A program made the position numbers and the translations under genes. Source: the human T2T-CHM13v2.0 reference genome, Homo sapiens. From it: DNA of 64,000 bases. Below the pieces are notes generated by a model, which did no database searches, was not told where the DNA came from, and saw only the letters and a list, made by a program, of their open reading frames with translations. The stretch lies in NCBI RefSeq assembly GCF_009914755.1, contig NC_060930.1. One strand, given 5' to 3'. Positions 1-13,129 of this stretch are shown in pieces (the first letter of the stretch is position 1; every line of letters begins with the position of its first letter).

Positions 1-238
1 TGCGTGTGAGAGAGAAAGCGAGCAAAGAATTGACTTGTGCAATTGTGGGGGCTCCTTAGGCAAGTTAGAAATTAATAGAGGAGGGCATCAGGAAGAGCAG
101 ACTGGAAACTCTCAGGCAGGAGCTGACACTGACAGTCATTGGTAAAATTTCTTCTTTCTGAGGGAAATTGCAATCTGCCATAAGTCCCTTCAATTGATTG
201 ACTCTGACCCACGGGATCATTGAGAATAATTTTATTTA

Positions 239-1002
239 CAGTTGGCCCTTGAACAACACAGATTTGAACTGTGCAATTCTACTTATGTGCAGATTTTCTC
301 CTGCCTCTACCAACCCTGAGACAGCAAGACCAACCCCTCCTTTCTCTCCTCTTCAGCCCACTCAACATGATGACAGTTAGGATGAAGACCTTTTTGACAA
401 TCCATTTTCATTTAATTAATAGTAAATATATTTTCTCTTCCTTATGACTTTATTTTCTTTTTTATTTATTTATTTTTTTGTTTTGAGACAAAGTCTCACT
501 CTGTCACCCAGGCTGGAGTGCAGTGGCACAACCTCGGCTAACTGCAACCTCTGCTTCCCGGGTTCAAGCGATTCTTCTGCCTCAGCCTTCTGAGTAGCTG
601 GGATTACAGGCACCTTCCACTACGCCTGGCTAATTTTTGTATTTTTAATAGAGACGGGGTTTCTCCATGTTGGCCAGCCTGGTCCCGAACTCCTGACCTC
701 AGGTTATCCGCCCACCTCGGCCTCCCAAAGTGCTGGGATTACAGGCATGAGCCACCATGCCCAACCATAATTTTCTTAATAATATTTTCTTTTCTCTAGT
801 TTTCATTATTGGAAGAATGCAATATATAATAAATACAACATGCAAAATATATGTTAATCAACTATTTATGTTATTGGTAAGGATTCCAGTCAATAGAAGG
901 CTATTACTAGTTAAGTTTTTGGAGAGTCAAAAGTTATAGGCAGATTTTCAAGTGCATGGGGATTCAGCATCCCTAACCCCTAACTTATTCAGGGGTCAAC
1001 TG
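239..1002 (+). mobile_element. Tigger2-family non-autonomous DNA transposon (Tigger2a/MER28-like)
   Basis: TIRs cagttggcccttgaacaa / ttattcaggggtcaactg with TA on both sides (237-238, 1003-1004). Confidence 0.88.
451..766 (-). mobile_element. AluS SINE inserted in the Tigger2 element
   Basis: T-rich tail, then full dimeric Alu in reverse ending ...gagccaccatgcccaacc. Confidence 0.95.
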
Positions 1003-1221
1003 TACTTAGTCAACTGATTGTAGATATTTATCATGTCTACAAAATACCTTCACGGCAACACATAGCATTTGAATAGTTGATTATTATAGCCAAGCCGAGT
1101 TAACATTAGAGATGCTTTTCAGAATTGTAAATTGAGAGATGTGGAGAATGATGATGCCACTAATGAAGACAGGGAACATACGAAGAAGAGAAGATTAAGG
1201 GTGAGGAATGACAGAAATAAA

Positions 1222-1401
1222 CTGTATTTCATAGATTCTAAGATGCACTTTTCTCCTTTACATTTTAACATCTCTGATGTTAGGACTCACCTTTAAATTG
1301 ATGGGATCTTACCACTATAACTGGTATATTTTGTTCTTCATCATTTATAAAATGATGGTGCATCTTACAGTCAATGTCACCTTAGAGTGAAGGAAACAAG
1401 G
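1222..1401 (+). mobile_element. MARNA-like Mariner-derived MITE, within old L2-like sequence
   Basis: ctgtatttcatagattctaagatgcac start, with a degenerate inverted copy (cttagagtgaaggaaacaagg) at the other end. Confidence 0.7.
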
Positions 1402-2053
1402 TAGTAGATTTTATTTGGTACCTTGGATTTGAGGTGCCTGAGGAACACGGATAGCTCTAGTTCATAGAATGTATAGGCGGGAAACTCAGCCAAGGGACCT
1501 GCCACAGAGGTATGAGTCATCTATACTCAAGTAAAAGCTGAAGCAATGAAAATGCAAAAAATTCCCAGGAAAAATTGGTAGAAGTGAGAATAATAGTCAG
1601 CTAAATAGACAACCCTAAAAAAACAGCAAACTTTAAGGAGAGAATAAAAGGAAAAGAGTGGTTAGAACTAATAATCAGAATACATCATATAAACAAAGAG
1701 AGAAGATACTTTTTAAAACTAATGAGTAGCTGTCAATACCAAATATAGTGAGAGGACTAGCAAGTGCCCACCGAGTATGGCAACATGAGTGGGGGGGTCA
1801 TTAACGAATTTTCTAGAATAATTCCACTGGAGTGGATAGGAAGCAGACAAGTTGCACTGGCTTAGAGGAATGAAGGAGAATTAGGAAAACGGAGGTCATG
1901 AATGTAAAATATTCTTTCAGGAAGCTTGACTAAAAAGGGGTGGAATAATGAAAAAGTTAAATAGAGAGGATAAGGTCAATGGTGATTTCTGCAGAAGTGA
2001 CTCAGATTTGAACTCATTTCTAAGAAACGTAGAAAAGGCGTGGGCCACTCTTA

Positions 2054-3551
2054 TGTTACTAAACCAAACAGGGGTCCCATTGCCCAGTGCAGTAAGGCCA
2101 AATATTCATACCGAGGTTGCTTTGCAGCAGGAGAAAGGAGGGCCTTTATTAGTAGGGTACCAAGCAAGGATAATTGGGCAGCTGAAATGTAAGACCCAAA
2201 CTTCCAGATGGCTTGCAAGCAAGGGTGTTTAAAGGCAGAGGTAAATTTCAGGAAAGCAGAAGTTATAGGCAAAACTATAAATCAACACATAGAGGTGATA
2301 CATTGGTTTGGCCTACAAAGGTGGAAGCAGAGTCAGGTGGGGCAGGGTGCTTCCAGGTCATAACTGGATTTCAAAGATTTTCTGACTTGCAATTGGTTAA
2401 AGAAGAGAAGCTTTGTTTAAAAATTTGGGATCAGAAGAAAGAAATATTAAGTCTGGCCTGTGGGCGTGACTTCCTCCATGCCCCTCAGGAAGAAATTTAA
2501 AGCAAGAGTTCAGTCCTCAATTACCTCTTATTTGAGGTCTACATGCCAGGGAATCCATTTGGTGGGGGTACCAGCTTCTAAGAAACAACTCAGGGACATA
2601 TATTCTGATGTTCTCTTTAGTTTCTACAGGGTGAAACCGCCTTTGCAAAATTATAACTGAGGAAATTATGACAGTGACAGAAATCACACCTAACTGATTC
2701 CATCTGGCTCCTAATCTTTAAGCTGTCCTTCTTCATTCCTGAGGATAGGCCAAACTAATTTTGAGAAGGAATTCAGTTCATGGCTTGATTCTGAAACAAA
2801 ATTGATAATAGACCTTTCCTGAAAAGACCCCTTCCTTGCCTGGGTACCAGTCTGCCTTTGCAGGACTAACAAATTAGCTACAAGATTAGAAATTACAGTT
2901 TAGGGGCATGCAGCCTCTGGCTCCAAGTTGCTGGGGATAACATCACTATTGCAAACCTAAGATCAGTGCTTGAGATATTTTGCAGAATCTGCACTGGATG
3001 GATCAGCAGACACCACCCAGACCAGTAATCTGGCTCAACCAGTTCTACCATCTCACCCAGATGAACAGAAAACAGCAAGAAAAAGTCAACTTCGACCCCC
3101 TATGGTTCCATCTCCAACCTGACCAATCAGCACTCCCCACTTCTCAAGCCCCTACCTGCCAAATTATCTTTAAAAACTCTGATCCTCAAATGCTCAAGGA
3201 TATTTGATTTGAGTAATAATAAAACTCCAGTCTCCTGCACAGATGGCTCTGTGTGACTTAGTCGTTCTGCCTTGCAGTTCCCCTCTCTTCATAAATCGTC
3301 TCTGTCTAAGCAGTGGGCAAGGTGAATCCGTTGAGCAGTTACAAGGAAACCAAACATCTCAGAACTCTAATTCCCTTGGCTATAGTTTTAAGCTACTCTT
3401 GCCTTCTTGCTTATCAAGTTGCTCATTTACTTCTTAGGGCTAACCAGGTGTCTGGAAGTTCCCTTAAAGGAATTCAATATTTTTCTTTATTTCCATGTTT
3501 GGCAAGGGGAGCAGGCAGCAGCCCCCTAAGAAAGGTTCTTGCTTTGTCTCA
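2054..3551 (-). mobile_element. ERV1 (MER4-group) solo LTR, MER39-like, interrupted by LTR8
   Basis: TG...CA termini (tgttact.../...tgtctca), near-TSD ctta/ctga, motif ttcaaagattttctgacttgcaattggtt; halves rejoin across 2632-3343. Confidence 0.7.
2632..3343 (+). mobile_element. LTR8-family ERV1 solo LTR
   Basis: Starts tgaaaccgcctttgcaaaattat, ends gcagttaca; aataataaaa poly(A) region; 4-bp near-TSD aggg/agga. Confidence 0.88.
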
Positions 3552-3644
3552 CTGAACACATGAATTTAAGTTTGATTATCAGATCATTTTTTTTTAACAA
3601 CTTGAACTCCGAAGACATGAGGTAGTCAGAAAAAAAGGAGGAGT

Positions 3645-4097
3645 CAATCAGTCAGGATTCTGGCAAGAAACAGAGGGTAGTACATCTAAAAGTGTACTTT
3701 TAATCATCTAAAAGTGATTCAGAAGAAGAGTTCAATGATTGGACTATTTACAAAGATGTGAGCAGGAAAAAGGGAAGCTAACCCTAGAGTTGTCAAAACA
3801 GGAAATCATTACCACCACTGAAAGGTCACTCCCTGTCTCAGAAGGAGGTTACTGGAATCTGAAAAGACCTATACACTTAGGAAAGAGCTTTCTAGTAGCC
3901 ATTGTCACCTACAGTCCCTCAAGAAGGGAGCCAGGGGATAAATACTCTGTTACTCTTTTTGAATGTACTTAACAGGAAAACAGAAGGCAAGGGAGCCTAT
4001 TTATTGCAAACATAATGATCAGCCTCCTGGGGCACAGAGCAGAGTGGAGAAGGATGGAACGTGTATCTGGAGGAGCAAATGGAAGACACTCAGCAGA
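3645..4097 (-). mobile_element. LTR33-like ERVL solo LTR
   Basis: cagcctcctggggcacagagcag...tctggaggagcaaatggaa is the reverse complement of the LTR33 5' end. Confidence 0.65.
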
Positions 4098-4934
4098 AGG
4101 GGAAAGACTTGTTTAAATAGAATAATACCAAGGAAAACAGGACTGCTGGTGAAGACAAAGAGGGCGTTTTTCACAGATACTTCATGTTCTAGCAATAGTG
4201 GAAAAACAATGCTATTTCAATTTTTGAGTAGTTAATGAGAAACTGATATTTCTAAATAAGAAAAGGCCGAATATCCTTGTTTTAATTAAAGTCTATTGTT
4301 CATTTTGTATTGTGCAAAATGAAGACAGCCAGTGATAGCTATAGTTCAAAAAAGATTCTAATTATTTGCAGAATAACTAAGTATATAATGTTTCAGCTTT
4401 ATATTAAAATACAGCTTTCCTATTAAAAGGATGTTTCTAATTTTAAAAATATGAATAAATTGATGTTATAAAAAATACTGCTGGCTAGGTTTAGCCCTGA
4501 ATAACAAGAAGGAACAATGTCAAAATTTGTATAGGCCTTTAGTATTTCCATTTAATTTTGAAATGAAGGTTTATTCATTTAAATTTTGGGTTGTTTTATT
4601 TTACTCTGTTATGTACTTAATCAAATATTGATAGACCAAATGACTTCAGTAATGTTGGCTCTGTATCTATTTCATTTTTTAGCATCACATATAGATAACC
4701 TTTTGCTGATACAGCTTAAGAATTGTACCAAATAAAAAGCCAATGCTATATCTACAAATGAGAACTTAGAAAAAAAAATCTAGCACCAATAAGATATCAA
4801 ATTTTGACTTTTAAAATTACTTTTTCAATACATAAACATATGTCCACATGCATACTTTCTAGATGGATTGTCATTTCACAGAAGCCTTTTCTCATATTGA
4901 AATGGAATGCAGATTGGGTAGTTAAATTTGATAG

Positions 4935-5536
4935 TGAGAAATAAAAATAAAAAATTCTAAGCCCCCAACTGACTGAACGGACATCTCTCTTGGCCAAGGG
5001 GAATCGAGAGAAATCTTGGAAGCTGAATTTACAGTCATGACAGGATGGATGTTCAGACATGCCTCATTATAACCCCCTCCCTTGCTAACCACCATTAGGC
5101 TTTCTACTCTGAGGGCTAAACAGAAACTAGCCCTTTCAAAAGACTCCACACTGATAATGTTGATCACTAGCTTATCTTTCCTGGTACAGAACAAAGACAA
5201 GATGAAATCAATTGTTCTTTTACCCTTGCCTGAGATGTCTGCTTCCTCTATTCCCTTTTTCTTCACATGTTCACCTTATCTTATGTAAAATGTAGATTTA
5301 TTAGGCACTAACTAAAAACCTTACAAGTATGTAATCATTAATTTCACTGCTACCTGCCCGCCCCTTTTCTTAAAGGAAAATATGTAAATACTAAACTTCC
5401 TGAGAACCTCTTTGGAAAACACAATCACAGAATGCATCTGTGACTTGCATTTTAACCAGGTGAACCCTCAGGCTGGCTCAATAAACATCAATGATCTGAG
5501 ACTTATGCTTCAGTCACTCACTTTGATCTGTCAACG
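4935..5536 (+). mobile_element. ERV1 MER4-group solo LTR (MER65/MER72-like)
   Basis: tgagaaataaaaataaaaaattctaagcccccaactgactgaac...ttggccaagggg start; ggctcaataaa poly(A) signal near the end. Confidence 0.75.
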
Positions 5537-5578
5537 GAAAACTCTCAAGAAATTTCCTTTTTATATCTTTTAAGCAAA

Positions 5579-5580
<2 letters not shown>

Positions 5581-5624
<44 letters not shown>
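5581..5624. repeat. (CA)22 microsatellite
   Basis: Perfect CA run. Confidence 0.98.
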
Positions 5625-5628
<4 letters not shown>

Positions 5629-6096
5629 GCTTTTTCTTTGCTAAGTCTGTATGTCAATTAACATCTGACCAGTACTAGAATAAGCTTAATTTTCAAGGGA
5701 AGATGGAGCTTCGTGAAAGATAGAGAGTTGTCCCATCATTTCTGATGATTACAACTCATCTTTCTTCAGGCCAGATTTTTTTTTTTTTCCTGATGTGCAA
5801 ATACAAGTTTTCACAAGTTTCTTGAAAACCATTCAGTCTTTACCATTACCATGTACCCAAATCAATCATCTGTTTACTATTACCTAATTACCTTGTAACT
5901 TATACGTTTCTGGAGCTACCTGTAATCCAGTCTCATGGACTCACACTCAAAGAAACACCAGTTGGGCATAAAAATATAATTAGAAGCAAGGGAGATTTGA
6001 TTCACGCCCATGAGAAATTACCAAAGGGTAATTAGAGTAATTATACTTCTTTTAAGTTCTCTTTAGACCTCACTCTCATATTCTCTCACATGTCTG

Positions 6097-6806
6097 CAGG
6101 GGCAGATTTACCATCATGTTAATGGAGCTTCAGCGCCAATGATCCACTTGCACAGGTGTTTTCCATGGTCCTGTGGAAAAAAAGGCCTAGCAATGTGTTC
6201 CCATGGACCTATGGTTTTTTTGTAAATTTTTGTAAGTAATGTATTTTCGCTTCAGTCTGTTGAGACCACTGTCTCTTTCCATTTTCACTTTCACATTTTG
6301 CCTCATATGAGTATCACTGGAGTGGCTGCAGGCATTCTGAGGCTCCAGCTCAGGTTAAGTAGGGTTAGGGATGCATTTAGTTTAGGTTGAGTGGGATGTA
6401 TTTACATGGAGTTACTCTCATGTTTAGTTAAATTATTGCTAGGCATCCAGGTGTAGCAATGGCTTTCAGGAATATTCTTATTGCCCATGATTCCAATTTG
6501 ATGTGCACTATGACACAAAGGCAAGACCAGAGGTTTGTATACTATGACATGAATATATCTCAAACCAAGAAGTTTGTGGGTAGTGGATGAGACACTATTT
6601 TTGAAAGTGTGGAGCCAAAATGAAGGCTATTTTCTAGATTTTGTGATGTCTGTGGTATTCGGCATCTGTTAAAATTTTCTAATCTGTTTTTCTCATTCTA
6701 AATTAAAGTTTACTTTTGAGTCTAACTTTGTATTCATAATTTTCCATTCTTTTTCTTGAGGAGGAGCCCCCACAAAGTTAAAAGCTTGTCTCCTGGATCC
6801 GCCTTG
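6097..6806. mobile_element. hAT-Tip100 non-autonomous element (Zaphod-derived, MER115-like)
   Basis: Imperfect TIRs caggggcagattta / tggatccgccttg, ~710 bp, Zaphod-like subterminal motifs. Confidence 0.65.
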
Positions 6807-8364
6807 CAGATGAGAAAAAAATTCTCACTGCCCTCTCTCTGGTTCCTTCCCAGAAAACTTTCCTGACAGACAGACAGGCTGGCTTTTCACACTAAGCACC
6901 ACTTCCTGCTTAACAGTGCCCCCATCACTGCTTCCGTCTTTCTGTTGCCTTTTCAAGTACACCTTTCTCACTCACGAATATCTTGCTAAGTATCTGGGTC
7001 TTCTTTTCCTAACTGCCTTCTTTTTAAGAAGTAGCTCTGTGTTTTGGAATTAAACATAAATAAAATCCTCCATCTCTTCCACAATTAGCCATTGTTTCTC
7101 TAACTTGAGCAATACATAAATTAGTCCTTTTTAAATGGGAAAACATTTTGGGGCAATCTAATGACAACTTATTTTCATGATGCTATTTAAATAAGTAAAA
7201 ATGTAAAACAATGGATGAATGCCTTAATTTTATAGGCCTTATACAACTTTACAACAAATAAAAATTCAAGTGAAACTTAAAAAGAAGATAAAATCATGTT
7301 AATAACATTATTTTAATGTGATGCATAGTGGCATTTGGCTGAAAAAAAATCATTCAGTCCTGAGTTTAATAGTAGAAAGATGCAGACTCATGTCTGGTTT
7401 TATAATTAATCTCTTTTGACATTTTGATTTCAATAATGCAAATGTAGAAAATGTCTATTCCCATAAGTATATGGTACAAAATGGTATTAATAACTTCAAG
7501 TCTTTGTTTGCAAATTAAGTATAATCAGGCCTTATGCTTAACTAAATCTCTGCCAGTGAGCAATCCTGGAGTGCCAGTTTTATAGTGGAGTCATTTGATA
7601 ATTGTATAAATGTTTGTTTTTACTTGGAGATAATATGAGTACTGGCACTATTGAAATATGTATTAAATGGGTATGTAATCTAATTATTGCTGGAACTGGA
7701 AATAGAACTATTTGTCATTGCATATTTTCTGCTAATGAAATATTAATTACAAAATGGGATGTACATGACAGTATTCTTAAAACCATTTGTTCACAATGTG
7801 AATACTGTATAACATTGGCTAACTAAAGAGATTCTTGTGAGGTTAGTAAGCCTGTATTATCATATGTCACAGGATCCATCAATTCTACCATGACATTTTT
7901 TTGTTCCAACCAAGGAACTACTTTCACACATTCAGTTTGTTACCTTACACTTACTCCATGCAAAAGAGACAGAAAATATAAACTGCAAGATAGTACTCAG
8001 TTATCAGGTACTTCAAATGAACCAGATGATTTAATATAGGCTCGTATTAATTTTGTAAAATTTTTGTGAAAATAAAAATGCAGAATAAAAAATTGACTTA
8101 GAGAATTCTCAACTATTGTTGTTTTGCTTTACTAAATAAGATAATTATAAAATGCTTCTTGAAATTTTAGCACTAAAATTATTACTATTGATTTAGTCTA
8201 TTGTAATAGTTATGCTAAAATATTTTATAGGCTCCCAAAATAATTATTTACATATTTTTAATGTGTTATGTACATATAAAATCAGACTCTAGAAGAAAAT
8301 ACCTGAATAACCAAAAATTATAACACTAGGACTCACACAAAGCCACTCACATGAAACCACTCAC

Positions 8365-8394
8365 CTGTGCTTCAGAAAGCTGAGGGTTTGTAAT
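8365..8394 (-). other. Candidate 30-nt internal exon of the minus-strand gene (45 nt with the alternative acceptor, exon start 8409)
   Basis: Minus strand: cttctatcttgtag|ATTACAAACCCTCAGCTTTCTGAAGCACAG|gtgagt, in non-repetitive sequence. Confidence 0.45.
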
Positions 8395-9128
8395 CTACAA
8401 GATAGAAGCCTAAAAGTGTCTGGGCATCACATTATAACTTATCTTGACAACCTCTGTACACATAGGTGTTATATTGCCAACAAAATTTTGTGATTGGTAG
8501 TTTGAATGTTGTTATAAGTCATTATAAATATTGACATTCATCTTTGTTTGGGCAGACATAGTTGCCAACTGCCTCTCATGTCCGCAGGCCCTTTGAACCC
8601 TGCTCATAACCCTTTGTTGCAGGGACTAGTGGAACACATTAGTGGCCATGTTATACCTGGTATGATTCTGGTTTCTTGGCCAGATGATAAAATTGGGGAA
8701 GAGGAGAACAGCCAGTCTGTAGACTGCAAAGTAGGAAACAAGGGGGTCAGGCCCAAGAGTTTTGCCCAAAATGACAATGAGTATAAACTGAATGCAAATT
8801 CATGAAGTTCTGAATTTTGAAAAAAGAGGGAGAGAAGTAGTTGGCCAGTTAGTAAACAGAGAAGGAGAAAGGTGTACAGAAAGAAGGTAATAGCAAATAT
8901 CTGGCAATCGAACTAAGAAGGCAGAGGTTGTGAGTAATCAAAAATGAGAAAGGGAGAAATGCAAGCTCTGAATCCAAAAGAAGGAGGTAAGTGGATATTT
9001 AATCAAAGTAGCAAATAAGAGAAAGGATGAAAAAGTATATTTAGTGTAAGAATTGATAGAATTGATTGGCTCCTGAATGACTTTCTACATTCTGAAGTCC
9101 ATGAAACCAGCCCTACAGAAGGAGATTC

Positions 9129-9151
9129 TTTTTTTTTTTTTTTTTTTTTTT
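9129..9151. repeat. poly(T) tract
   Basis: 23 consecutive T. Confidence 0.95.
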
Positions 9152-11361
9152 GCGGGGGGCCTGGTTTGGGGAAATTTCCTGACTCCCCAAGATGAATGAG
9201 CATGATTTCTGTTTTTCTGCTTTCCACATGGAGCCTTTTAATAAGCTCCACATGAGTTAAGATATTCTCAAGGAACTTCTGTCTTTGCAACAATAAAAGA
9301 GACCTAATTAATATAACCTTTTTAATAATTGCACAACACTGTACTCATTAGCTAGCATATGAATTTATGTGTTGTGTTAAAATGGTCCATTTAACTTATC
9401 GATTTCTACGACTTTAGCCTCTAGGCCTGGGGTTATGCATGTTATCCACATCTTCAGTGTAGAGACACAGGAAATTATCCGTAACTTTTCGTCAAATGAA
9501 TGAATGAAACAGCCACTCTAAAAAACTACAAACACATGCACTAGTCTTTAATCATCCCTATTTACAGTGCTTCATTTGCATAAAATAGGGTGCTTAATAT
9601 GGCAAATACATGACACACATACACACACACACACATATTTTAATAAGAGAAGTGACTGCTCCTTCTGCTAACTCAGAAATGCAAGACAGAAAGTTTCTCT
9701 CAAATAGCTATTTTTTCTATGAAGAATCATTCAGGGTCTCTCTCACTTACATAAAAGCAGGGAAAATAGACTCATTGGACCAATGCTATCCCCACTCTTC
9801 AGCCTCTTCTTTGCCCCTCAACTCCTCACCAAAGGTCTTGGTACACCAAAGGTGGTTACTGGGGAGGAGAATCCAAGGCCTTCTCCTAGAAAAAATGAAT
9901 CAGTCCCTAAACCTTGTTCCCTGAGATACAAATTTGGGAAATTCAGCTATGTGGACCATCACAGTGATTTTAATTAGGCCTCATGGTTCAAGGAAAGCAA
10001 GAAACCTTTTAAATTAAGTCATTTGGGGAAAAGTACGTCCCTATACAAATAAATATGCCTAGGTTGGTCCTCAAGTTTTATGTGAGGATTTATTCTGACT
10101 TGATCTGGAAGGTGCCTCCTGACTCTGCCACAGTGGTTAGGCTTTAGATAATAAGAACTGAGCAAGGGAAAGTTAATTTAAAAGAAAGACCACCTTGCCT
10201 CCCAACATGGGGCACCATTATGATTTTGTGCATGGCCCTGAACCAGCAAGAGTTGCCCTGCAGCAATGGACAGGACTCTGAAGCTCCATCAAACCAGTCT
10301 CTCATGACAACACTTAGCAATAGCAGTAAGCAATGGAGTTGTGTACTGTACTCGCTCTCTAGCCCTGGCTCTCTGTGGCTAGAAGCATACTGATGCTTTC
10401 AGAATGAGTATGCCCTTGAGGTTATTGGATGGTTGGTGATACTAAAATTCTTGATAATAGACCACATTGGAGATTTCATAATTCATTTTAACATTAAAAG
10501 AGACACAACTACAGTGTACCCCAATGTTGTGGAGCAGTTCAGATATATTTCTTTGAACAATTTTTGTCTCTTTATATATATATTTTATTTTTTCTTTTCC
10601 CTACAATCTCTTCTGCTTTAGTCTTTTCAGTATGAACCTGTTTGTAACAGGGAATGTTATCTTTCTTGCTTTGGTGTGTTATCCAGCTTGTCACTCCCAC
10701 ATGTCCTGGGCCCAGGCCAGCCAGCAGCCTTGTTGCCCATTTCCCAGTGCTCCCTCCTCTACTGCCATATGCCCATCTGCTCTGTTTGCCTTTTCTGGGG
10801 GTGCCCCAGCTGACATTTTAAAAAATTCTCACAACCATATGCTTTCTCCCAGGCACACTTGCCTGACTTCCCTGCTTTGTCCAGTGGCCATAAAGGACAG
10901 ACTGGAAGTCGCCAAATTCCAAATTCCAAGGCATTTTAGTCATTGCCTTTTGTTAGGAGCTATGTCCATCTATCCCATTATTAAACTTCAGAGCATGGCA
11001 CAATGATATTTGTCTCTGTGATTATAATCCCCAAAGGTTAGTGCTCCACACCAAATATCTTGGTTTTCCTTAATAATACATGATAGATCCATGATATATT
11101 ATTATTCTACATTTCAATCTTTTGGACAACCCAATTTTTTGCTAAAGTAAGAGCACTTACTACTTCTTAATAGCATAGTCTTTTACTATGGACTCCTAAT
11201 TATTGATGTGGGTTTGAATTTGAATTTTAAGCAAATTTGCTTATGTGCTTGGGTCTATTTCTGTACTTACTTTTCTGTTGCATAGGTCTATCTATTCATA
11301 TCAGCCAGTATCTCACTGGCTTTATGGGATATTGTATTGTTTGGAAATGCTAGTTCTCCCT

Positions 11362-12100
<739 letters not shown>

Positions 12101-12306
12101 TTCCTTATTTCTCTTCTTTTACAGGATTATTCTAAGTACTCTTACTTTTGCTTTCTGTGTAAATTTTAAAATTGACTTGACTTAAAATTAACTCCAGAAA
12201 ATAAAACATTTTGATAATTACATAGACATAAGATGTTTCTATGTACTCAAGTTTCAAGTGTACTTTTACATAGTTTAGTAATATTTAAAGATTTACCCAT
12301 ATAGGG

Positions 12307-12662
12307 TACTATAGTCTTAGTGCATATGTCCCTTTCAAATGTATATGTTGAAATCCTAAACCCCAAGCTGATGGTATCAGGAGGTGGGACCTTTGGGGAG
12401 GTTGTTAGGCCATGAAGGCAGAGCCTTCCTACATAGGATTAGTGCCCTTATACAAGAGGCCCATAGAAGTTCATTAATCCTTCCACCATGAGAGGACACA
12501 GTAAGAAGTTGCCATCTATGAGGAATGGGCCTTCACCAGACAGCAAATCTGCTGGCCCCTTGATCTTATACTTCCCAGCCCCCAGAGCTGTGAGAAATAA
12601 ATGTTTGTTGTTTATAAGCTACCCAGTCTATGGTACTAGTTATAACAGCCCAAACAAAGACA
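12307..12662 (+). mobile_element. MaLR solo LTR, MLT1A0-like
   Basis: MLT1A motifs (gattagtgcccttata; ctgtgagaaataaatgtttgttgtttataagc); perfect 5-bp TSD taggg. Confidence 0.88.
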
Positions 12663-12775
12663 TAGGGTTTAAGAATTTATTTTCAGTTTACTTCTAAGTA
12701 TTTTTATCTTTTCTGTTTTAATTGTAAATAGGGTTTTTTCCTACTTTTTTTTCTAACTGATTATTTGTACATTTT

Positions 12776-12844
12776 GGCTGAGTGCAGTGGTTCATGCCTA
12801 TAATATTATATATTATATTATATATTTTAAAATTTTAAAAATAG
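12776..12844 (+). mobile_element. Alu 5' stub (~29 nt) plus AT-rich filler between 14-bp direct repeats
   Basis: ggctgagtgcagtggttcatgcctataat flanked by tatttgtacatttt (12762-12775, 12845-12858). Confidence 0.65.
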
Positions 12845-13004
12845 TATTTGTACATTTTAAGGCTGTTACTTTTAAACCTGCTTAATAAAATATAAGTTGT
12901 CTCTATTTTTTCTAAATTCTGAAACATCATTCAATTATTGATTTCAAAGATTTTATACAATTCCCTTATTAAAAGTACCTGTAAAATGTTTTGTGGGTAG
13001 CTAG

Positions 13005-13005
<1 letters not shown>

Positions 13006-13061
<56 letters not shown>
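13006..13061. repeat. (TA)28 microsatellite
   Basis: Perfect TA run. Confidence 0.98.
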
Positions 13062-13066
<5 letters not shown>

Positions 13067-13129
13067 GAACTTGGTCTTAAAGTATACATGTCTAATTTTA
13101 ATAGAGACTGCTAAAAAAATTCTATATGC

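Larger units (their letters stand above)
1..1108 (-). mobile_element. ERVL solo LTR, MLT2 (MLT2C/D-like), split by a Tigger2 element at 239-1002
   Basis: MLT2 motifs (attgtgggggct...ggaaactctcaggcagg; gtcaactgattgtagat...ctacaaaataccttcac) continue on both sides of the Tigger insertion. Confidence 0.8.

Noticed and set aside
10632-11006. 124-aa ORF in apparently unique sequence
   Set aside because: No recognisable domain, supporting splice structure or promoter
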